Below are positions 26,201 through 32,000 of a stretch of DNA of 32,000 nucleotides, piece by piece. Made by a program: the position numbers and the translations under genes. Position 1 is the first letter of the stretch. Each line of letters opens with the position of its first letter. The DNA comes from Thermoplasmatota archaeon (GTDB lineage: Archaea; Thermoplasmatota; Penumbrarchaeia; JASLWR01). The DNA lies in NCBI GenBank assembly GCA_030740765.1, contig JASLWR010000028.1, positions 6,958 to 38,957 on the forward strand, given 5' to 3'. The notes under the pieces were generated by a model. That model was not told the origin of the DNA. It saw nothing but the letters and a program-made list of their open reading frames with translations, and did no database searches.

Positions 26201-29200
26201 GGGTTTATCTAAAGAGCGACGATACTATAAAGGTGGAGCTGAATGTATCCATCCCCAATTCCGTCGAACCCATCAATGTGATCATCTACGTGAATGCTAC
26301 TTCAAGAGGTGACAACTCGGTGGTTGCAAGCATACGGACCGTTACCACCGTGACCCAGGACTTTGCCATTCGTCTTACCACCAGCATTAATACGAAGACA
26401 ACAGACCCGGGGGCCATGGTCAAATTCTACATTGACGTTAAGAACAGGGGTACGGGAAGCGATGAAATAGAGGTATCCATAGTGAAAGAGTTGCCCGCCG
26501 GAGCCAATTCGGATTGGGCTAATATTCCCTCTGAGATGCTTGTATTCACCCTTGCACCAAATGCCATAAAGAGAATCACTGTGAACGTGACTCCTCCCGA
26601 GGACCAGGAGGTGGGTAACTTCCCAATTACTATCAAGGCGGAATCCCAGGACGACCCAGAGAAAATCTTTGAAGAGATAACTGTGACCACGCGGGTCAAT
26701 CCCAAGAGGGATTTGGCTCTGGAAGTGGCCGAGAATCGAAAGGAGGTCATCCCCAATCTCAGCGGCAGCAAGGCAACCGTAACATACTCCCTGAAGGTAA
26801 CCAACAAGGGAACGGACTCGGATACCTTCAAGCTGGAGATCAGAGGATCCGGCGACACCCCGAATTCCGATCATCCATCCTGGGTAAAACTATCTACTTA
26901 TTCAATAGGTTCTCTCGCCGAGGACAGTGACAACACCGTTACTGTCACTGTCACTATTCCCAATAACCAGGCACCCACCAATTCCGATGGATTCAATACC
27001 ACCATTTACGTTTACTCCGGGAAGAAGGGTACCGCGGATGAAATCGGTGCCACTATAACCATGGTCACCGTGATCGATACGGCATACGGGCTGGAATTAT
27101 CGGCGTCTAAAAAGCGCATGGAAACGGCCGACCTCACAAGCTTATCCGCCAAGAACCGGGAGGTGCAATTTTCCTTCAAGGTGAAGAACATCGGTACCGG
27201 TGACGACACGATCAAGTTCGATATAAACCAGAAACCCACTGGCTGGGAAGGGATCTCATTCGACGTCGGCACCGAGGATATTCTCAAGGGAGTTACCTCG
27301 AGCCATGTGCTGACGGTGAGGATAGACCGTGATGTGGCGGTTGACGATTACGACATCGAGATCAAGATAATCTCTAGGGGGGACGATACGCTTTATGAGG
27401 ATACGGATGTATACGAGACAATGAAATTTACGGTGGAAGTGACGCAGATACACCAGATCAAGATCAGTGCTGCCCAGAGCTCCAAGGAGGCAAAACCGGG
27501 GGATACGGTTACTTACACCCTTACCGTGAAGAACCGAGGTAATCAGATGGACTCCATTACCCTCGATCTACCCAACGAGATAATATACTGGAGTACTAGG
27601 ACCATATCGCCCCGGACCGTGGATATCGAACCAGACGGCTCTATAGACATAACGGTAACTTTCCGTGTTTCCAGTGACTATACCGAGGCTCTAGAGGATA
27701 CATACTATACGAACATAACTGCCACAGCAGGCGAGGGCACCGATGAGTACAAGGCATACGTGGAGCTTACTACCCTAATAGCCCAGGAGTACCTTTTCGA
27801 GGTTACCAGCAGCGATTGGGCCTCGGAAGGGAAGGTCGATGTCAATGGTGTTAAAAAGACCACGGATATTGAATTTTTCTTCGAGATCAAGAACAAGGGT
27901 AACGGTAAGGACAGTTTCAAGTTCGATCTAACAGGCGACTACTACAAGTGGGGAACTATCACGCCTCAAACTTCAGCTGAACTGGATGCTGGTGAAACCC
28001 AAAAAATAACTGTCACTGTAACCATAGGAGACGATTTCGATAAATACATGGCAAAGGATTATGAAATTGGTCTAACCGTTAAATCGGTGGGTGATGAAGA
28101 GGTTGAGGATACCGATAAAAGCTTTACGCTGACGATTGAAGAGGTGTATTCTCTGGTGATGACGAAATATCCGTCCATAACCATTAATCTCGCAGAGAAA
28201 TCCTCAGCCACGCTGGATGTGGAGGTGGAAAACGCTGGCAACAAGGATGACACCATCCGCTTCACCGTTAGGCCGGGCAGCCCTGACGATTGGGTTATAA
28301 ACATTCTACCATCCACCAAGATGATCAAGATGGGCAACGTTCAGACGGTATCCATCGAAGTCACCCCCGACGACAATGTGGAAGAGAACTATGACGACGA
28401 CGATTACAGTATAATCATTCGCGCTACCAGCGATGATGGTACTTACAAGGATTTCTCATTCAATGTAATTATCGAAATGCCTGTCCTGAAGATCACGGGG
28501 GTCACTTTCAAGGAAAGTGTTAACGCAGGTGAGGAAACCACCATAACCGTCACCGTGGAAAACAGTGGAAAAGCCGATGCGGAAGATGTTCTGATCACGT
28601 TATATGACAAGACAAAGAAAATAACCATAGGGTCCTTCGAGATTTCGATAGACGGAGTGGGAAGTGACGGAAAAGTAGTAAGTGAAACATACGATTTCAC
28701 CGATTGGGACAAGAATAAGGTAACAAAGGGCACTCACAAGGTAGAGGCAAGCCTAACCAACGAACCCTCGGGTGATACTGATGATCTTGAAAAACCAGTT
28801 GAAGTGATTGAAGAGGGAGGTGGTTGGATCTATGAGAAAGGAGCCCAGTACACAATTGGCGGACTGGTGGTCTTCTTTATAGTGGTGATAATCATCGTGC
28901 TGCTCTTCTCCCGCTCGCAGAGGCCCATACCCGAGGACTTAAAGGAAGAGATCGCAAAGGCCAAAGCCGAAGCCGAGAGGGAACGACCGAGGGAAAAGGC
29001 GGATGACGAGAAGGATGTTAAGAAGGTCAAGAAGGACGACATCGAAAAGCTCCTCACAAAAAAGACCCTGCCTTCGAAGGCACAGGCGGCATTACCACAG
29101 AGCACAAAGAAGGGAAAGGATGATAAGAAACCGGTAAAACAAGTGAAAATAAAGTGTCCCAAATGTGAGATCATACAGACGGTCACTTCCCAGAAACGCC

Positions 29201-29253
29201 CACTGGAATTCGAATGTGACGACTGCGGGATGAAATTGATCCTGAAAAAATAG
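23248..29253 (+). CDS. 2001-aa surface protein: signal peptide, 16 CARDB/NEW3-like (COG1470-type) beta-sandwich modules, one TM helix, charged cytoplasmic tail ending in a zinc ribbon
   Basis: The signal peptide is INIMIVISMILGSLSAMIFLADRVSAG. A recurrent module core, [FY]x[FLIV]x[VI]xNxGNxxDTF, occurs 16 times (VENNGD, VNNTGNGIDT, VENVGNARDRF, LTNSGNGQDRV, VKNKGNGEDTF, ITNDGNAEDLI, VQNRGLDTDTF, LKNTGSLANDTF, IENEGNGLDTF, VKNRGTGSDEI, VTNKGTDSDTF, VKNIGTGDDTI, VKNRGNQMDSI, IKNKGNGKDSF, VENAGNKDDTI, VENSGKADAED). The TM helix is YTIGGLVVFFIVVIIIVLLFS (about 28849-28911). The zinc ribbon is CPKC...CDDC (29155-29226). There are many N-x-S/T sequons. Confidence 0.92.
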   Translation: MGTNETAKRTINIMIVISMILGSLSAMIFLADRVSAGPIVVIEVTGQKSGTATENGDPGDDILFNVRVENNGDSIATINLTILGAPGGWSSTLTGINFTVSAGNHQTEILRVSIPANAVETASASLTVKCTTNNKQDTCEVLVDQVYGLIFESADTIESSLPDKTITFTLPVNNTGNGIDTTSFTESGAPGAWAVSFDSTKNLPAFTVANLEVAVYIPESASTGTYSITVRGTSEDTVTYSTKTLTVTVLAEYGLTVSTLPSGNLETKPGGKVTYTLNVENVGNARDRFNLAIDTGNKTAGWTATLGTARTPQVSAGAKYNVSLYVTAPIGAKDTDLGYVNVTATSHNNGSQSEMAYTITNVLQERYLSLSVDNSSVEGPQKGTVRFTFTLTNSGNGQDRVDITGTPPQGWSSPNISPTYFALGASATGQFTVDQAIPSDALHQGYTLIVTAKSRDDNTNSTSSVTVDVTQKYGIQVTVPGSNSKDFNPGETKVYNFTVKNKGNGEDTFSISQSGIPQGWSWALSDSSVTLGAAKEQNVGLAVTVPNNYENFGPLEVELIAVSDGNATARDNSTKIIINVQKSYSVVLTCNNPNKNGFPEDTIYYEITITNDGNAEDLIEISIDAGDYSDWSSINDTLYTIAPNTYSTVNLTVTIPADQPAGYYHVNITATSKRAEDQGDDKKDTMATRTRVKPLFSVYLFPDGGNVSDVAAGMSHTYLLGVQNRGLDTDTFDISITGDNPFTNWVNMEFNNYTIENLGRDKIERISFDTTIPANVYENYPNINSGTITITAASRGNPASTFALNFETTVKAKFGGSLTSESDYDSALPGENVTFIVYLKNTGSLANDTFGLKSPDCPFDQITITPSQVVVNRSEFQEFQIVVLIDDDAKEGNHLFNVSARTAGSDRVLSRDDEIIATLQLKIGVIQRYGARASCALQTQNVAPNDWVTYEIEIENEGNGLDTFDITKDSTVVGHIGWAKINISRVYLKSDDTIKVELNVSIPNSVEPINVIIYVNATSRGDNSVVASIRTVTTVTQDFAIRLTTSINTKTTDPGAMVKFYIDVKNRGTGSDEIEVSIVKELPAGANSDWANIPSEMLVFTLAPNAIKRITVNVTPPEDQEVGNFPITIKAESQDDPEKIFEEITVTTRVNPKRDLALEVAENRKEVIPNLSGSKATVTYSLKVTNKGTDSDTFKLEIRGSGDTPNSDHPSWVKLSTYSIGSLAEDSDNTVTVTVTIPNNQAPTNSDGFNTTIYVYSGKKGTADEIGATITMVTVIDTAYGLELSASKKRMETADLTSLSAKNREVQFSFKVKNIGTGDDTIKFDINQKPTGWEGISFDVGTEDILKGVTSSHVLTVRIDRDVAVDDYDIEIKIISRGDDTLYEDTDVYETMKFTVEVTQIHQIKISAAQSSKEAKPGDTVTYTLTVKNRGNQMDSITLDLPNEIIYWSTRTISPRTVDIEPDGSIDITVTFRVSSDYTEALEDTYYTNITATAGEGTDEYKAYVELTTLIAQEYLFEVTSSDWASEGKVDVNGVKKTTDIEFFFEIKNKGNGKDSFKFDLTGDYYKWGTITPQTSAELDAGETQKITVTVTIGDDFDKYMAKDYEIGLTVKSVGDEEVEDTDKSFTLTIEEVYSLVMTKYPSITINLAEKSSATLDVEVENAGNKDDTIRFTVRPGSPDDWVINILPSTKMIKMGNVQTVSIEVTPDDNVEENYDDDDYSIIIRATSDDGTYKDFSFNVIIEMPVLKITGVTFKESVNAGEETTITVTVENSGKADAEDVLITLYDKTKKITIGSFEISIDGVGSDGKVVSETYDFTDWDKNKVTKGTHKVEASLTNEPSGDTDDLEKPVEVIEEGGGWIYEKGAQYTIGGLVVFFIVVIIIVLLFSRSQRPIPEDLKEEIAKAKAEAERERPREKADDEKDVKKVKKDDIEKLLTKKTLPSKAQAALPQSTKKGKDDKKPVKQVKIKCPKCEIIQTVTSQKRPLEFECDDCGMKLILKK

Positions 29254-29266
29254 TTTTTTACGTAAC

Positions 29267-29303
29267 GGGGGGATGTTTCCCCCCAATTTCTTTCTTTTTT
29301 TTG
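29267..29303 (+). terminator. Hairpin plus T-rich tract after the giant gene
   Basis: GGGGGGA(29267-73)-tgtt-TCCCCCC(29278-84), followed by aatttctttcttttttttg. Confidence 0.55.
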
Positions 29304-29363
29304 TTCGCAAAGTAATATCGAAAATAATAATATCGAGGAGTTATATTTCCCAAAATACCTCAT

Positions 29364-29437
29364 GGCTGAGATAGTGTAGCCTGGCAGCATATGGGACTGT
29401 GGATCCTCTGGCCCGGGTTCAAATCCCGGTCTCGGCC
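29364..29437 (+). tRNA. tRNA-His(GUG) with genomically encoded G-1
   Basis: Hand fold:
- G-1 (29364) opposite discriminator C73.
- Acceptor GCTGAGA/TCTCGGC (one G-U pair).
- Anticodon stem TGGGA/TCCTC, loop CT-GTG-GA.
- T arm CCGGG-TTCAAAT-CCCGG.
- No encoded CCA. Confidence 0.88.
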
Positions 29438-29438
29438 C

Positions 29439-29447
29439 TTTTTTTTT
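29439..29447 (+). terminator. Oligo-T archaeal terminator after tRNA-His
   Basis: A run of 9 T lies 1 nt after the tRNA 3' end. Confidence 0.6.
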
Positions 29448-29486
29448 AACGAATATGTTAGATAATCCAAAAAGTTCCCATTTGCA

Positions 29487-29577
29487 GTTACGGTGATGAA
29501 AACTAACGTGGACTGAATCATTGGAACCGCCTACTGGCGTATCCCAAGGGTGATGACTGACGGGCAGTCTGAGTAAC
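29487..29577 (+). ncRNA. Candidate box C/D sRNA (2'-O-methylation guide) with an unusually long D'-C' insert
   Basis: - Terminal stem GTTAC(29487-91)/GTAAC(29573-77).
- Box C GTGATGA 29493-99, then a 13-nt guide AAACTAACGTGGA.
- Box D' CTGA 29513-16, then a 33-nt insert that can fold (TTGG..CGCC-tact-GGCG..CCAA).
- Box C' GTGATGA 29550-56, then a 12-nt guide CTGACGGGCAGT.
- Box D CTGA 29569-72.
All four boxes match the consensus exactly. Confidence 0.55.
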
Positions 29578-29608
29578 AAGATTACAAGGAATTAAAGGTG
29601 ATGTAGAG

Positions 29609-30448
29609 GTGTCATTGATAGACATGATGAAGAGCTTGCAGGATTCGGGCAGCCCTTATGCTCTCATCACGGTGGTCAAGGCAAGTTCTTCCACTCCTCG
29701 AAAGCAGGGAGCCCGGATGATCGTGGAAACAGGAGGCAGGGCAACCGGGACAATCGGGGGCGGTCCGGTGGAGAAGCGGGCTATGGCAGCAGGACAGGAA
29801 ATGCTATTTGCGGGTAGTGAAGCAGCCTTTATGGAATTTTCGCTGGATGATCCGAATGAAGTATCCTCCAATGCCTTGGAGATCGACTCCATATATGGTG
29901 GAAGCATGTCTGTATTCATCCAGTGTTTTCATCCACCGGCCAGCTTGCTCATCGTCGGTGGAGGGCATATTGCGAAATTCCTTTACGAACAGGCACATGA
30001 TATGGATTTCGGAATCACAGTTGTAGACAACCGGGAGGAATTCGCTTCGCAAAACCGTTTTCCCAAGGCATGTGTCATTAATGGAAATTACCGTGAGACC
30101 CTTAGTACCATACCGTTTAATTCCCCCGCTTATATTGTGATAATGACCCATGGGCATGAGTTCGACGAAATGGTGCTGGACACGGTATTGGAACGGGAAT
30201 GTGATAAGATTTGTTATGTGGGAATGATCGGTTCAGCGCGAAAGGTGAAGACGATTCTTGAGAATTTGCTTGAAAAAGGAGCAGACCCCGCAAAGATTGG
30301 CAGGGTCCGGGCACCAATTGGGTTGAAGATTGGGGCTGCCACACCTCAGGAGATCGCTATCGCCATAATGGCGGAGATAATTTCCGTCCGTCGCGGGATG
30401 GACTTTAATAATTCTCATATAATGAGCATCGACGGGCCCTTATGCTAA
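29609..30448 (+). CDS. XdhC/CoxI-family molybdoenzyme maturation factor-like protein
   Basis: 279 aa. The N-domain is YALITVVKASSSTPRKQGARMIVETGGRATGTIGGGPVE. The Rossmann-like domain has LLIVGGGHIA, VIMTHGHEFD and YVGMIGSARK. The GTG start at 29609 follows an AGGTGAT SD. Confidence 0.85.
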   Translation: MSLIDMMKSLQDSGSPYALITVVKASSSTPRKQGARMIVETGGRATGTIGGGPVEKRAMAAGQEMLFAGSEAAFMEFSLDDPNEVSSNALEIDSIYGGSMSVFIQCFHPPASLLIVGGGHIAKFLYEQAHDMDFGITVVDNREEFASQNRFPKACVINGNYRETLSTIPFNSPAYIVIMTHGHEFDEMVLDTVLERECDKICYVGMIGSARKVKTILENLLEKGADPAKIGRVRAPIGLKIGAATPQEIAIAIMAEIISVRRGMDFNNSHIMSIDGPLC

Positions 30449-31089
30449 TCTTTAGCATTAACTATCTTTTTGACCATTGAAAAGAACAATGCAGCCGTGA
30501 CCTGGACATCGTGCAGGGCTGAATGATAAACGGCGGCATCGAATTCGTCCACCTTTTCCCTTCTTGCGCAATCTGACAGTCTGTGTTTCACGTTCCGTCC
30601 GTACATTGTACGGCTGATCTTCAAGGTATCGATTATCTTTTCGGGGTTCACGAGATCAAAGCCCGCCCTGGTCATCTCGGCATTCAGGAAACGGAAATCG
30701 AAACTTACGTTATGGCCTACTACCTTGTATTCTGAAATGAATCCGGCAATTTCCGGTAGCAACTCATCAATGTACGGTTTATCCCGAACGTCTATATCGC
30801 TTATGCGGGTAAGGTTCGTGATCCGCCGAGGGATAGGTCTTCCGGGATTGACATATTTATTGAATGCCTCGCCAGCCAACATATCTCCCTGGTCGATTTT
30901 ATACTTACGGAAGGCCACCTCGATTATCCGATCACCGCGATTGGCGCAGAACCCGGTTGTCTCAAGGTCCAGTACAATGAAATCCTCCATGGTTTCAAAG
31001 ATCTGCATGGCCTTGAAAATATCCGATGATCTTTTAGAGGCTTCCTCATCCACTTTTTTCCAGTATATTTCTTCAGATCCTTTGGACAA
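30445..31089 (-). CDS. DEDDh 3'-5' exonuclease (DnaQ/epsilon-like)
   Basis: 214 aa. Exo I FIVLDLETTGF, Exo II VVGHNVSFDFRFL, Exo III YHSALHDVQVTA. Confidence 0.88.
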   Translation of the reverse strand: MSKGSEEIYWKKVDEEASKRSSDIFKAMQIFETMEDFIVLDLETTGFCANRGDRIIEVAFRKYKIDQGDMLAGEAFNKYVNPGRPIPRRITNLTRISDIDVRDKPYIDELLPEIAGFISEYKVVGHNVSFDFRFLNAEMTRAGFDLVNPEKIIDTLKISRTMYGRNVKHRLSDCARREKVDEFDAAVYHSALHDVQVTAALFFSMVKKIVNAKD

Positions 31090-31113
31090 AACAACACCCT
31101 TAATGAGAACAGA

Positions 31114-32000
31114 TCACCTGATGAAGATCATCTCGGTGGAGTTCAATATTCTTCTCGCTCGCCTGAGCTTGTCCGGATTCCCACAATATACCGTTGCAAG
31201 AATCTCACCCTCCGCTACCATATCCTCGAACTTGTGATGGAAGAAAATACCACAGCCATGGTTTTGAGGGGCTCCTGCTATCCTCGCCACCTTTGCCACC
31301 ACCTGATTCTGGATGTCTATAATCATACCGGACTTATCGGCAACGATATCGAAAGTATGGGTTGCAAGACGCTTTCTCAAGTCGTCCAAAGACACTTCAG
31401 GATTCCCTTCCTGCGCCGCTATTATCTCTCGGAACTTCTCATAGGCTTTACCGCTGTCGATGACGCCGGCCATAAGCTCCGCACCGGTACCATTATAGTC
31501 AAATCGATCCATCCCGATAAGTTCCAGCAGCTTGCCTCCCACCATCAATGCCTTTTCGCGCAGATCTGCCGGAGCGTCCGGAGTTGAGCGCAGTACCTTG
31601 ATGACATCCATTGCTTCCAGTACCGGCCCCACTCCCTGGCCTATGGGCTCGTCCCCGTCGCTTATCACCACGGCTGCCTTCATCCCCAGCCTGCTTGCTA
31701 TCTGTATCAACTCCCGCTCCAGTAACTTTGCCTCTCCGATATTATTGTATCTGGTTTCAAGTCCCAGGGGTATGTCGAGCATGATGTGAGTGGCTCCCAT
31801 GGCGTATTTTTTCGATAAAATGGAGGATATCAGAAGCCCCTCGGGATCGGCCTTCAGCGGTTTTCGTACGGTAATAAGTTTGGCATCGGCGGGGGCGATC
31901 TTAAGTCCGCCGCCCCATATGATACAACCGTTGGTCTTAGAAACAATATCCCTTATCTCTTCCTTTGTGAATGTGACCCGGCAGAGAACCTCCATGACAT
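31114..32000 (-). CDS. deoA: AMP phosphorylase / thymidine phosphorylase family protein, C-terminal about 295 codons (N-terminus beyond the right edge)
   Basis: CIIWGGGLKIAPADAKLITVRKPL, ISSILSKKYAMGATHIMLDIPLG and DEPIGQGVGPVLEAMDVIKVL are typical of type-II nucleoside phosphorylases, including archaeal AMP phosphorylase. The frame is open to position 32000. Confidence 0.85.
   Translation of the reverse strand, partial: VMEVLCRVTFTKEEIRDIVSKTNGCIIWGGGLKIAPADAKLITVRKPLKADPEGLLISSILSKKYAMGATHIMLDIPLGLETRYNNIGEAKLLERELIQIASRLGMKAAVVISDGDEPIGQGVGPVLEAMDVIKVLRSTPDAPADLREKALMVGGKLLELIGMDRFDYNGTGAELMAGVIDSGKAYEKFREIIAAQEGNPEVSLDDLRKRLATHTFDIVADKSGMIIDIQNQVVAKVARIAGAPQNHGCGIFFHHKFEDMVAEGEILATVYCGNPDKLRRARRILNSTEMIFIR

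Noticed and set aside
29321-29348. TATA box for tRNA-His (TTATATTT at 29341-48)
   Set aside because: It is too close to the mature 5' end at 29364 for the usual spacing of about 24-27 nt to the TSS. The upstream AAATAATAAT tract is a possible alternative, but neither can be supported without TSS data.
21165-29363. A genomic island bounded by the two tRNA genes
   Set aside because: There is no integrase or transposase, and no direct repeat of either tRNA 3' end. The interval begins with the housekeeping genes pth2 and DUF99.
28830-29579. 249-aa minus-strand ORF
   Set aside because: It runs antisense through the end of the surface-protein gene, the terminator hairpin, tRNA-His and the box C/D candidate. 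Its composition is implausible and it has no SD.

Overview
This is an archaeal chromosomal segment, densely coded on both strands. It holds about 27 protein genes, 2 tRNAs and 1 candidate box C/D sRNA. I saw no CRISPR array, rRNA, integrase or transposase. Archaeal origin is supported by a tRNA intron with a canonical bulge-helix-bulge motif, Pth2-type peptidyl-tRNA hydrolase, DUF99, archaeosine synthase ArcS (PCX3KPYX2SX2H motif plus PUA), an A24 preflagellin-type peptidase, AT-rich TATA-like boxes and GGAGG/GGTGA Shine-Dalgarno sites. The lineage cannot be fixed from this window.

Gene order, left to right:
- A translationally coupled minus-strand operon: isochorismatase-like hydrolase, then a TrxR-like flavoprotein without CxxC, then an RlmN/Cfr-like radical SAM enzyme that is cut by the left edge.
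- Two overlapping paralogous double-wHTH regulators.
- A membrane-anchored Hanks-type Ser/Thr kinase.
- A DUF63-like membrane protein, a PKD lipoprotein, a UbiA prenyltransferase and a J-domain/TerB-like protein.
- A bacterial-type tRNA-guanine transglycosylase, divergent from an A24 peptidase-arcS-sfsA unit.
- A 1445-aa HerA/FtsK-type ATPase fused to a KLEKE coiled coil, a DUF835-like module and a wHTH C-terminal module.
- An orphan MacB-type ABC ATPase and an archaeal phosphoglycolate phosphatase.
- tRNA-Met with an intron, pth2 and DUF99.
- An orphan RHH-like protein, divergent from a 2001-aa, 16-module surface protein with a cytoplasmic zinc ribbon.
- tRNA-His, the box C/D candidate, XdhC, a DEDDh exonuclease and an AMP/thymidine phosphorylase cut by the right edge.

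The best candidates for something undescribed are:
1. The HerA-DUF835-wHTH giant fusion and its neighbourhood.
2. The bacterial-type Tgt next to arcS in an archaeon.
3. The hydrolase-flavoprotein-radical SAM operon.
4. The box C/D sRNA, whose D guide matches the 16S decoding-centre C1402 region.
5. The surface giant with its divergent RHH-like gene and phased operator-like repeats.

All family calls come from reading motifs by eye. No database search was run.
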